The notes under the pieces: generated by a model
Told to the model about the DNA's origin: nothing
Databases searched by the model: none
What the model saw: only the letters and a program-made list of their open reading frames with translations
In this document: piece after piece, positions 10,556-20,402 of the stretch
Layout of the letters: the number at the start of each line of letters is the position of its first letter
Position numbering within the stretch: the stretch's first letter is position 1
Program-made: the position numbers and the translations under genes
Source: an uncultured delta proteobacterium
GTDB lineage: Bacteria > Desulfobacterota > Binatia > UBA9968
DNA length: 64,000 nt
Assembly (NCBI GenBank): GCA_963847445.1
Contig: CAWJZV010000015.1
Location: forward strand, 224,001 to 288,000
Direction: 5' to 3'

Positions 10556-11603
10556 ATGACTGATAAGACCATCGATCTGCGCAGCGATACGGTCACGAAA
10601 CCCTCGGCGGCGATGCGGCGCGCCATGGCGGAGGCCGAGGTCGGCGACGATGTTTACATTGAAGATCCGACGGTCAATCGCTTGCAGGACCGCGCGGCGG
10701 AAATATTCGGCCGCGAGGCAGGGCTGTTCGTACCTTCCGGTTCCATGGGCAATCTCACTTGCATCATGGCGCAGACCAACGCGCGGCCAGGAAGTAATCT
10801 GTGAGGCAGCGGGCCATATTTACAATTACGAGATGGCCTCAATGGCGGCGTTGGCCGGGGTCTTGCCGCGGGTGATTCCGACTGGCGATGGCATCATGAC
10901 CTGGGAGCAGATTGCGCCGGCGATTCGGGAGAAAACTTACACGCGCCCACAAACCGCATTGGTCGCTTTGGAGAACACGCACAACATGGCCGGCGGCACG
11001 GTCTATCCGACCCGGCTGACGCACGCGATCTGCGCCAAGGCTCACGATGCTGGTTTGAAAGTGCATCTCGACGGCGCGCGGGTGTTCAATGCCGCGGTGC
11101 ATCTCGGCCAAAACGTCGCCGAGATCACCAAGAAATTTGATTCAGTGCAGTTTTGTTTCAGCAAAGGTTTGGGCGCGCCGGTGGGGTCGATGATCGTCGG
11201 CAGCAGGGATCTCATCGAGCATTGCCGGGTAATCCGCAAGATGCTTGGCGGCGGCATGCGTCAGGTGGGTGTGATTGCCGCTGCTGCTGCGGTCGCGTTG
11301 GAAGAGGGACCGAAGCGGTTATATATCGATCACGAGAATGCGCAACTGCTGGCCCAAGGATTGGCCAACATCCCGCGCATCCGCATCCAAGTGGAAAAAG
11401 TTCAGACCAATATCGTCATCTATGATGTTGGCGAGACCGGACTGGATGCGTCTGAGTTTCTCAAGCGATTGCGGCAGCGCAATGTCCTCGGCGGCCCGGT
11501 GGATTCGCGCAGAGTGCGAATGGTCACTCATCTCGACGTCGATCGGGGCGATATTGAGCAGGCGCTGAGCGCGATCGGTGAGGTAGTTGGGCAGGGGTTC
11601 TAA
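10556..11603 (+). CDS. ltaE: Low-specificity L-threonine aldolase (frameshift near 10778)
   Basis: [60 protein letters not shown]. Confidence 0.92.
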
Positions 11604-11616
11604 ATCTATCCAATTG

Positions 11617-11654
11617 CTCTCACCGCAGCCTGCTCCCGCAAGCGGGCGAGGGGG
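11617..11654. repeat. REP-like palindrome (CCCTCACC...CTCCCGCAAGCGGGAGAGGG type, degenerate)
   Basis: ctctcaccgcagcctgctcccgcaagcgggcgaggggg. Confidence 0.6.
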
Positions 11655-11680
11655 CAATTAAAGAAGAAACTTGCTTGAGT

Positions 11681-11755
11681 GTCATCCCGAACGAATGTGA
11701 GGGATCTCGTCTTCTTTCAAGACTTCTCGTCAGATCACTTTCCCGGAATAGTAAC
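11681..11755. repeat. REP-like element related to the copy at 4976
   Basis: gtcatcccgaacgaatgtgagggatct matches gtcatctcgaacgaagtgagagatct. Confidence 0.65.
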
Positions 11756-11764
11756 CGACTCGCA

Positions 11765-12256
11765 CTATCCGCCTTGGGCTTTGCGCTTTTTGGTACCGCG
11801 AATCGAGCTCAACGCATCGACCGCGGCGATTCTCCCGATGGGGCCGGTGGCGAAGCAGGCTTGGAGTACCTTGCGGTCCGGGCCGAGGGTGAAATTCGTC
11901 GCGTGAATGATGCCACGCCGTTCTTCCCAGTAGGCGCCGACGCGGTCGGCATCTTCCGGTACTTTGAGGCCATAACCGATCGGAAACATCGCGCCGGTTT
12001 TTGCGACCATCTCTTGGGCTTTATCGAGCGGATCTACTGACAGGGCGACGATGTCGGTGTTCTCGGCTGTGAATTCTTCTAAATGTGCTTGGTAGTCGGC
12101 AACCTGCCGAACGCAGTAGGGTCACCAAATGCCGCGATAATAGATGATGACGGCGTAATCGCCTTTGAGGTCCTTGGGAATGGATAACGTCGATCCGCTG
12201 ACGGTGGGAACTTTAAATTCTGGAAATTCATCGCCGGGGTTGAGTTGTTTTGCCAT
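11765..12256 (-). CDS. AhpC/TSA peroxiredoxin-like selenoprotein (UxxC), 163 aa; in-frame TGA at 12124-12122 read as Sec
   Basis: RBS AGGAG, ATG 12256; MAKQLNPGDEFPEFKVPTVSGSTLSIPKDLKGDYAVIIYYRGIW-U-PYCVRQVADYQ...VALSVD...FPIGYG continues in frame into ORF 11765..12010. Confidence 0.85.
12095..12112 (-). promoter_or_regulatory. Putative bacterial SECIS hairpin
   Basis: mRNA UGA CCCUACUGC G-U-UCGGCA-GGU-UGCCGA-C: stem starts 9 nt after UGA, bulged U, G-rich apical loop. Confidence 0.7.
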
Positions 12257-12302
12257 TGTCACTCCTTCTGTAGTTTACGAGCCGAACCTCCGGAGTGGTT
12301 CG

Positions 12303-13319
12303 TCGAGCGTTGGCGGAGACCACGGCGCTGCTGGTTTTGAAAAAAAAAGCGGACTTGATCTGGGGCAGCGGGGAGAACGAGTGAGTGTAGAAGATCGGCA
12401 AAGCTGTATCGAGATGGTCCAGCAAGCTAAAGCCAGTGGTGCGGGGCGGCGAGCGAGTTGCGAAGTGCTGGAGGTGAGCCTGCGGACGTTGGAGCGCTGG
12501 GAGAAAGCCCCGCAACAGGGGGATCAGAGACGCGGGCCGGTGACCGCTTGTGCGCACGCGCTAAGCACACAGGAGAAACAAGCCATCGTCAAGGAGTCGA
12601 GTAGCCCTGAGTATCGCGATCTATCGCCGTGGCAGATGGTGGCTCGCTTAGCCGACGCGGGACGGTATCTGGGATCGGAGAGCAGTTTTTACCGGTTGCT
12701 AAAACAAAACGATCTATTATCGCACCGCCAACAGAGTAAGCCCCGTGTCCATAGCCGGCCTAAGGATTTACTGGCGAGAAATCCCAATGAGGTGTGGAGC
12801 TGGGATATCACGTATCTGAACAGTCCGGTCCGGGGAGCCTATTACTATCTGTACCTGGTGGAAGATATTTTCAGCCGGATGATCGTGGGTTGGAGCGATT
12901 GAAGAAGTCGAGAGTGCCGATCATGCGGGTCGGCTGATCGACCGGATCTGCCGAGAGCAAGGGATTGCCAAAGGACAGCTGAGACTTCACTCCGACAATG
13001 GCGCACCGATGAAAGGAGCCACCCTGCTGGCGACTCTAGAGCGGCTGGGAGTGGTTCCCTCTTTTAGTCGTCCCTCGGTAAGCGATGATAATCCGTATTC
13101 GGAGTCGTTGTTCAAGACGCTGAAGTACCGTCCTTCTTATCCCGACAGCGCTTTTAGCGGGATCGATGAAGCCAGAGAATGGGTGAGTCGCTTTGTAAAG
13201 TGGTACAACACCGAGCATCTTCATAGCGCGATCCGCTTTGTCACGCCCGAACTCGCGACACCTGGGATTGGACCCAGCGATTTTAGCCAAGCGCACGGTC
13301 GTGTATGAAAAGGCGAAAC
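12303..13319 (+). mobile_element. IS3-family transposase remnant (orfA C-terminus, A9G slippery site, most of orfB); both ends missing; indels near 12898 and 13255
   Basis: orfA end RALAETTALLVLKKKADLIWGSGENE*; AAAAAAAAAG at 12340-12349; orfB PNEVWSWDITY, HSDNG, SRPSVSDDNPYSESLFKTLKY, WYNTEHLHSAI. Confidence 0.9.
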
Positions 13320-13402
13320 ACAAGCTCAGCACGAACGGGAAACCGGAACGTGACATGTCCGAATCATTCCATTCACACCCTCAGCTTAGTCGCAGGGCTC
13401 CG
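13320..13402. repeat. Right part of a REP-like palindrome (TTCGACAAGCTCA..ACGAACGG type); left part lies at 12291-12302
   Basis: cggagtggttcg | IS fragment | acaagctcagcacgaacggg...ccattcacaccctcagcttagtcgcagggctccg. Confidence 0.6.
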
Positions 13403-13408
13403 ATGATT

Positions 13409-14327
13409 TTATCCGGCTAAGCCCAATAGCTTCGCCGCATTACCGCCGAGCACTTTTTGTTTGTCTGCGTCGGAAATCTTCAACTGCTTCACCGTATCGA
13501 CGGCGCGCACCAGTGTGATCGGCACCGGCGGCGTGTCGCTGCCGAAGACCACTTGATCGATGCCAATCGTATCGATGGCGCATTGCACGGCGGGCGGGTG
13601 ATAGCAGACGGTGTCGAAGAAGAGCTGTTTCATGTAGCTCGCCGGCGCGCGGGTCATGACGTCGGGCTCCCAGGGGCCGAAGCTGTCGTCTTTTCTTAAT
13701 TCATAGCCGAAGCCGTAACGGCCTGGCAGCATCGCCAGCGCGCCGCCGACATGGGCGCAGACGATTTTGAGCTTGGGAAATTTCTCGAAGCCGCCGGTGA
13801 AGATGAAGCGGGTCAACGACAGCGTGGTATCGAAAGGGCGGCCGAGCATTTCCGGCAGGCGGTACATTTCCATCTTCTCGTTACCGATGGTGAATTTCGG
13901 CGGATGGACGAAGACGGGGACATTCAGATCGCTGACCATCTCGAAAAACGGCGTCGCCCGCGGCGAGTCGAGATATTCGCCGTTGGTGCTGGAGTTGATC
14001 ATGATGCCCTTGAGCTTGTACTCGCGAATGGCTTTTTCAGTCTCTTTGAGAATCGGCCCGCTGTCGTAGGGCACCGAGCAGGCGAGGCCAAGCAGTCGTT
14101 CCGGATGCTTGGCGGTGAGTTCGGCGGCGTGGACGTTGAACTCCTGGACGACCTTCAAACGGATCGTAGCCGTCCGGTGAGCGTATCCAGTTGTTGCCGA
14201 ACACCGTGATATCGACGCCGGACTTGTCCTGTTCGTCGAACAAATGCGGCAGATCGAACATCCACTTGGGCGATTTCGGATGAAACCAACTTTGCGGCAC
14301 TAAATGAGCGTGGCAGTCGATGATCAT
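13409..14327 (-). CDS. Amidohydrolase 2 family protein (ACMSD-like decarboxylase/hydratase; frameshift near 14160)
   Basis: IIDCHAH, PVFVHP, AHVGG.L, FFDTV, VFGSD.P, LGGNAAKLL. Confidence 0.9.
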
Positions 14328-14434
14328 GTTTCAAATACCTCTCGTGACGGCAGATTATGGTTGGGGGTGGCAAAAGTCAAAATGCTACTTGATTGCCGGG
14401 TGTCGGTCGCTGCGCTCCGCTCGTTCTACGAAGA

Positions 14435-14851
14435 TTATGCCGTGGCGGTCGCTAGCGCCTGCGCCGTATCAAAGAACTCGAAAAACTCGCAGATCTTGCC
14501 GTCCCGGAACTTGTGGAAATCGGCTTTGGGTGTAACGAGAATCTTGCCGGTCTTTTTATGCTTGAACGACACCTGGCCGAGGGCGACGACCCGGTCGCCT
14601 TGGGCGATGTATTCGTCAACGCGGTAGTAGATCATTTCCCACTCGTTTGTCAGTCCAGCGAAGTATTGCTTCACGTCGTCCTTGCAGCTGGCGGGACGGG
14701 TGAATTGCATTTCCACGGCTCCGGCGGCGAGGGAGCGGAACTGCACGTCGTCGGTCATCAAGTTCAACCAGTGATCAACGCTGCCGGCTTTAGTATCGTG
14801 CCAGCGTTGATAAGCATCCTTCAGTGTCGCAACATTCGATTCCGTACTCAT
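14435..14851 (-). CDS. NTF2/SnoaL-like (ketosteroid isomerase-related) protein
   Basis: 138 aa; YIAQGDRVVALG, FRDGKI.EF.E.FDT. Confidence 0.85.
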   Translation of the reverse strand: MSTESNVATLKDAYQRWHDTKAGSVDHWLNLMTDDVQFRSLAAGAVEMQFTRPASCKDDVKQYFAGLTNEWEMIYYRVDEYIAQGDRVVALGQVSFKHKKTGKILVTPKADFHKFRDGKICEFFEFFDTAQALATATA

Positions 14852-14946
14852 GGTTTCGCTCCCTTCTATGCCTCGTCGATAGCGTCAGTCATAGCAAATT
14901 CTGCGGCCGTGGGGCAGGGCTGTGCACTGTCTCAGCTTGGTTGCGC

Positions 14947-15267
14947 CTAGGATGAAGAGGTCAGCTTGAGGCCGACGATACCAGCGACGATTACGCCGAT
15001 GCAGAAGAGCCGAGGCAAGGCCGCCGATTCCGAAAACAGCACGATGCCGAGGATTGCTGTTCCAGCGGCGCCGATGCCGGTCCAGATGGCGTACCCGGTG
15101 CCGACGGGAATAGTTTTGAGAGCTTGCGCGAGAAAATAGAAGCTCGCCGTCATTCCGACTACCGTTACAACGCTCCATCGAAGATTGCTGAACCCTTCTG
15201 TGTGTTTAAGGCTAATCGCCCAAAAGATTTCTAAAAGCCCAGCGATGTATAGGTAAATCCATGCCAT
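14947..15267 (-). CDS. sugE: SMR family transporter SugE/Gdx
   Basis: MAWIYLYIAGLLEIFWAISLK, IPVGTGYAIWTGIGA. Confidence 0.9.
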   Translation of the reverse strand: MAWIYLYIAGLLEIFWAISLKHTEGFSNLRWSVVTVVGMTASFYFLAQALKTIPVGTGYAIWTGIGAAGTAILGIVLFSESAALPRLFCIGVIVAGIVGLKLTSSS

Positions 15268-15315
15268 GGTGAACTCCTAACACTTGAAAGTAACCCTCTG
15301 TCGTCCGGCGCGACG

Positions 15316-15862
15316 TCACTGATTGAGCGCGTTGTCATGATCCCGAGGGATGACGGTTTCCAAGGAGCCAAGCTTGCTTGCCGGTCTCGATCGGCATCGC
15401 AACTCTGTCTCCCATCCTTTTGTGCCATGTTTGCCGACACGGACACCGGCAACAGCGACCACCGGCTTCACGTCACCGTCGTAATAATCGAAGAGGATGT
15501 AGCGAGAATCCTGGTTGTCGAAGCTGATTTCGGTGCGATCTACCTGGGCCCTGAAGTAATGGGCGTAGCGAAAAGCAAGTTGTGTGTTGGCGCGTGCCTG
15601 GGGGAATTGCAGCTCGATGGCGCCGGGATTGCCGTAGCGGTACTGCAAGTAACCGCGGCGATGATCGAGGCAGCCGGGAACCGCACAATGAGACGAATTT
15701 TGCCGAACCGGCCGCCACGCAAGTGAATATGATTTGCTCCTCGGCGCGGCATAGTGATGGGGGTTGAACCACCGTTGCCATTTCCGCGGCGAATAGGCTT
15801 GCCGCAGGTCGCAGCAAGGTCGCGATGAGTAAAATCGAAAGACCGACTTTTCTAACGATCAT
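15316..15862 (-). CDS. Secreted hypothetical protein (frameshift near 15675)
   Basis: ATGA overlap with lspA stop; signal peptide MIVRKVGLSILLIATLL..., SLC..EE.IF.C...K.VSLC then YLQYRYG...ELQFP. Confidence 0.7.
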
Positions 15863-16368
15863 TGCTTCTCGGGCAGTTCCGCCGATCTCGAACTTCGAAA
15901 ACTCTCCAGCAGCATCAGCAGGGCGCCGAAGGTGATGGCCATGTCGGCGATGTTGAATATACCGGTGCGCAGCGGGCCGATGCCGACGTTGAGGAAATCG
16001 ACCACCCGGCCGTCGTAGGCGATGCGATCGATCAGATTGCTGAGACCGCCGGCGCAGATGAATGACAAACATTTGGTGGCAAAAGAGGTTAGCTCGCTGC
16101 TTCGCAGCAGATAAACCAGCAATGCCAAGAGAAATATCCCGACCAGGACGGTAAAAATTAAGTGGCGCCAGGGATCGGGTATCGTCGAACCGAGGCCCAA
16201 GAAGGCGCCGCTATTTTCGGCGTACTGTAGCCGAAAGGTGTCGCCGGCGTAAGAAAAGAAATCACCGGCCCGAAGATATCGCTTGGCGATGAACTTGGTC
16301 ACTTGATCGCAAACGATGCAGGTCAGCGTAATCAAAAAAATTACAGTCGTTCTTGGCAGTCTCGTCAT
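15859..16368 (-). CDS. lspA: Lipoprotein signal peptidase II
   Basis: DQVTK, NSGAFLG, GGLSNLIDR, VVDFL, FNIADMAI. Confidence 0.93.
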   Translation of the reverse strand: MTRLPRTTVIFLITLTCIVCDQVTKFIAKRYLRAGDFFSYAGDTFRLQYAENSGAFLGLGSTIPDPWRHLIFTVLVGIFLLALLVYLLRSSELTSFATKCLSFICAGGLSNLIDRIAYDGRVVDFLNVGIGPLRTGIFNIADMAITFGALLMLLESFRSSRSAELPEKQ

Positions 16369-16414
16369 ACTCGCCCTTTGGTAACGTTTCTTGCTTCATG
16401 TTACAACCGGCGCA

Positions 16415-18183
16415 ATGGCGCGGTCGAAACAACAACTTGCTCGTTTGATTCGCGGCGCGCTGGGCGAGGTGAAAGCGGATCTCATGGTCAGCGGCGGCAA
16501 GCTGATCAACGTTTATTCCGGTGAAATTCTAGAAGGTGTCGAGATCGCCGTGCTCGACGGACGGATTTGCTACGTGGGCTCCACGCCAAGCATACCCGCG
16601 GCGAGCACACAGAGGTGCTCGATGCTTCCGGTTGTTACATCTCGCCCGGTTTTATAGACGGTCATACTCATATCGGTCATTACGCTCGGCCCTTTGAAAA
16701 TCTCCAATCGTTTCTGCCGCACGGAACCACCTCGCTGGTTGCGTCCTGTGACGAATTGTCAAGCGTCTTCGGCCTGCGCGGCTTGAAACTTTTTCTTGAC
16801 GAAGTCGAAAAGCATCCATTGCGGGTCTACACGCTGGTCTCCATGGCAGCCCCCCAGGACCCACTGTTGTGCAGCACGGCGGAATTTACCAACGAAGAGA
16901 TCGCCGCGGCGCTGGACGATGCCCGCGTGCTCGGCATGGGCGAGATCGTCTCCTGGCTGCGGTTGACGCAATGCGACGATGAACTGCTCGGCGCGCTTGG
17001 AGTTGGCCTCGCGGCGCGGTCAGATAGTGCATGGCCACACCGCCGGCGCGCGCGATCAAAAACTCTGCGCGGTGGCCGCCACCGGCATCTCTTCTTGTCA
17101 TGAACCGATTCGCTTTGAGGATGCGCTGGAGCGGTTGCGCTTGGGCTACTGGACCATGCTGCGCGAAGGCTCGTTGCGCCAAGACTTGGCGACCACGCTG
17201 CCGGAATTGATCGCCTCAGGCGTGAGCCTGCAGCGGCTGATTCTCGTCACCGATAGCATGACGCCGGATGATGTCGCCGAGCACGGCCATATGGATCATG
17301 TCGTGCGGCGAGCTGTCGCGTTGGGACTTTCGCCGCTGCAAGCGATTCAATCGCGTAACCCTCAATCCCGCGGTTTACTCGGGCATTGAACAGGATGTCG
17401 GCGGCATTGCGCCGGGACGCTTCGCCGATCTCGCTTTGCTCGACGATCTTGACCCGTGCCATGTGCGCGAGGTGCGGTGGGCGGGAAGCGCGTAGCCGGC
17501 AATGGCGTGTCGGAATTTCACGGTGAAGCGATGGCGCTGCCCCAGGATCTGCTGTGTTCGTTGCGCGTCGGCTTGCCGATTTCGCATGCCGTGTTCAAGA
17601 TTGCCGCTCCACAAGCTAATCCCAAAGTGCGTGTGATGGAGCTGGTGAACCAGACGATCACGGCGCAGCGGATTGTCGAGTTCAACGCGGCCAATGGTTT
17701 CGTCGAGGCGAGTCTTTACGACGACATTCTCAAAGTCGCGATGTTCGACCGGCATGGGCAGATCGCCGCAAGTTGCCTTCGGTTTTCTCAATGGATTAGG
17801 CGCAAAAGTCGGCGCCGTCGGTCTGACGACCAACCTGGATGAAAATACCTTGATGATCGTCGGCAGCGACGATGCTGACATGGCACGGTGCGCTAATGTT
17901 TTACTGGAGGTCGGCGGCGGGATGGCGATCGTCGATGGCGGTCAGGTGGTGGAGAAACTGGAATTTCCCGTTGGCGGAATTTTTTCGTTGTTTCCGTGGC
18001 AGGAAATCGGCACGGGGATGCGGCGCATTCAAGGCCGTCTAAAAGAAATGGGCTCGTCTCTCGACAAGCCCATTTTTGCTTTGAATCTTCTTGCCGTTCG
18101 TGACCTTGCCGGCGCTGCGGATTACCGCGCGTGGTTTGGTGAACGCGAAAGAGCGGAGGATAGTGCCGCTGTTCGCGGACTGA
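16415..18183 (+). CDS. ade: Adenine deaminase (about six frameshifts, probably assembly errors)
   Basis: ADL.V.GGKLINVYSGE, PGFIDGHTHI, GMGE, GHTAG, CHE, LREGS, VTD, GHMD, GIAPGRFAD, LPFVTLPALRIT.RGL. Confidence 0.85.
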
Positions 18184-18186
18184 AGC

Positions 18187-18594
18187 CTAGGAAACGCTGC
18201 CCTCTTTTTTCTGCTCTTGGCGCAGCGGGATGGCACGGGCCTCGTTTTTCCTCATCGAGATATGCCCTTCGAGCACGGCGCCATCGCCGATCACTAGGCT
18301 TTGTGTAGTCACATCGCCCATCACCGTGCCCGGCGGCTGGATTTCCAGTTTTTTTTCGGTCACGACGTCGGCCATTACCTTGCCCTGCACCAAAATCGAT
18401 TGCGCGGTCACTTTACCTTTGATAGTTGCCTGCTGGCCGACGATGATATGGGCCTGAGCGACGATTTCTCCTTCAACTTCGCCATCGATCGTCACTTGGC
18501 CTTCGAAATGGAGTTTGCCGTTGATCTTCGTGCCGGCACCGAGGTATGCGCCCAAATCCGCCGGTAATCCGCTTGGTCTGTTGCTTTCTGCCAT
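18187..18594 (-). CDS. Bactofilin (polymer-forming cytoskeletal protein)
   Basis: LGAGTKINGKLHFEG.V.IDGEVEGEI...G.V.GDV....L.I.DGA.LEG.I.M beta-helix pattern. Confidence 0.9.
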   Translation of the reverse strand: MAESNRPSGLPADLGAYLGAGTKINGKLHFEGQVTIDGEVEGEIVAQAHIIVGQQATIKGKVTAQSILVQGKVMADVVTEKKLEIQPPGTVMGDVTTQSLVIGDGAVLEGHISMRKNEARAIPLRQEQKKEGSVS

Positions 18595-18696
18595 GAATGC
18601 CTCCTTACCGTCAAGTTTCGGACTATAAAGCACTGGGAAATCTTTGTCTAGTTTGATCGCCGCAAGTTTGTCGGTGGAACTCTTAGGCGATTTCTT

Positions 18697-18725
18697 TTGC
18701 CGCTGGCAGGTGGCTCTGCTATAAA
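18697..18725 (+). promoter_or_regulatory. Putative sigma70 promoter of the ubiD-family gene
   Basis: TTGCCG-N17-TATAAA with extended -10 TG. Confidence 0.5.
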
Positions 18726-18799
18726 TTGCTTTACGGGCGAAAATATCATGCCGCTTCAACCGTTCTTGCGCGCCGGTGTCTTAAGTTAGGAGTAAGTCA

Positions 18800-20272
18800 A
18801 TGCAAATCGACGATCTGAGGGATTACCTCGATATCCTGGAGGAGTACCAAGAAGTACAGCGCATCGACGCTGAAGTGGATTGGAACCTGGAGATGGGCGC
18901 GATCACCCGGCGGGTGTACGATCTCGGCGCACCGGCGGCTTTATTCGAGAAAGTGAAGGGTTATCCGAAAGGCTTTCGTGCCCTCGGCGCTCCATTGGGT
19001 ACCAGCAGCCATCCCGGACACGGGCAGTTCGCGCGCACCGCGCTGGCCATGCATATGCCGCCGTCGTCGACCGCCAAGGAGATCATGGCGACTTATTTAC
19101 AGCGCAAGGAAAAATTGATCCCGCCGGTGACGGTGAAGAGCGGACCGTGCAAAGAGAACATCGATATCGGCGATGCCGTCGACGTGCTCAAGTTTCCGAT
19201 TCCGCTGATTCATGGCGGCGACGGCGGTCGCTACATCGGTACCTGGCATACGGTGATTACCAAAGATCCTGACAGTTCGTGGGTCAATTGGGGCATGTAC
19301 CGGTTGATGGTGCATGACCGCAACACCCTTGGTTGTCTTTTTCCGATGCAGCAGCATATCGGCCAGATGTACCAAAAATATGAAGCGATGAATAAGCCGA
19401 TGCCGGTGGCGGTGGCGATCGGCGGCCAGCCGGTGATTCCACTGGTGAGCTGCGTGATGCTGCCGCCCTACGTTAATGAAGCCGATGTTGCTGGCGCGCT
19501 GCAAAATGCGCCAATCCCGATGGTGAAATGCGAGACCGTGGATCTGGAAGTGCCGGCATCCGCTGAGATCGTTATTGAGGGTGAGGTGTTGCCGCATGAA
19601 CGCAGGACCGAAGGTCCCTTTGGCGAATACATGGGTTATGAAGCCGGCAAGTCGTCGCCTAAACCGATTCTAAGAATTAAGGCGATCACCTATCGCAACA
19701 ATCCGATCTTGCCTTTTTCCAACATGGGCATGCCGGTGCATGAAGGGCAGACGGCGACGGCGTTAATCAAAGGCGCGGAAATCTACGCCGAGCTAAAAAA
19801 ACTTGGATTGCCAGTAAAAGGTGTTTTCTGCCCACCCTTCGGCGTCGGCCATATGTGTGTGGTGTCCACGGAAGTGCCGTTTATCAACTTCGCCCGGCGC
19901 GTGGCTCATGCCGTGTGGGCGACCAAGCCTGGGTTATTTGTTTATTACATGGTCATCGTCGAGCCAGATGTCGATCCCACCAATATGGACGAGGTGCTGC
20001 ACGCGATCACGACCAAGTGCCATCCGGTCAACGGCGTCCATCATGTGCCGCATATTCCCGGTTTCCCGGTGCTCTTGCCGTTCTTAGCGCCTAAGGAGCG
20101 ATTGATTGGCGACGCTGCGGGAGTCATTTTTGATTGCACCTGGCCCAAGGACTGGCCCAAGGAGAGCATTCCGGAAAAAGCCAGCTTCGAAAATCTCTGG
20201 CCCAAGGAACTGCAGGCGCGCGTTCTGAAAAACTGGGAATCTTATGGATTTGCCGCCGCGCGCGGTAAGTAA
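18800..20272 (+). CDS. UbiD-family prFMN-dependent (de)carboxylase
   Basis: EVDWNLE.GAI, DGGRYIGT, NWGMYR, VPASAEIVIEG, EGPFGEY.GY, DCTWP. Confidence 0.93.
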   Translation: MQIDDLRDYLDILEEYQEVQRIDAEVDWNLEMGAITRRVYDLGAPAALFEKVKGYPKGFRALGAPLGTSSHPGHGQFARTALAMHMPPSSTAKEIMATYLQRKEKLIPPVTVKSGPCKENIDIGDAVDVLKFPIPLIHGGDGGRYIGTWHTVITKDPDSSWVNWGMYRLMVHDRNTLGCLFPMQQHIGQMYQKYEAMNKPMPVAVAIGGQPVIPLVSCVMLPPYVNEADVAGALQNAPIPMVKCETVDLEVPASAEIVIEGEVLPHERRTEGPFGEYMGYEAGKSSPKPILRIKAITYRNNPILPFSNMGMPVHEGQTATALIKGAEIYAELKKLGLPVKGVFCPPFGVGHMCVVSTEVPFINFARRVAHAVWATKPGLFVYYMVIVEPDVDPTNMDEVLHAITTKCHPVNGVHHVPHIPGFPVLLPFLAPKERLIGDAAGVIFDCTWPKDWPKESIPEKASFENLWPKELQARVLKNWESYGFAAARGK

Positions 20273-20402
20273 CGACCGCTGAGTGGTTGTGCTTCGCCCG
20301 ATTGGCTATTTTTCCCGTTCCTTTAGTCGTTCTTGCCGGCTACAATAATCTTTGCTGCGTACCGATCGCTGGATCGTCGCGATAAGGAGATTGACAGTCG
20401 CC

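Noticed and set aside
12165-12302. N-terminal extension of the IS3 ORF predicted from 12165
   Set aside because: It is antisense to the selenoprotein gene start; transposase similarity begins only at about 12303.
15268-15315. Guanidine riboswitch upstream of sugE (CCGGACGA present on the minus strand)
   Set aside because: The gap is only 48 nt, has a single ACGA without a closing stem, and lacks the rest of the guanidine-II or -III consensus.
18704-18720. Sigma54 promoter before the ubiD-family gene (similar case at 16379-16394)
   Set aside because: Spacing is GG-N11-GC, not N10; a sigma70 reading fits better at the ubiD locus.
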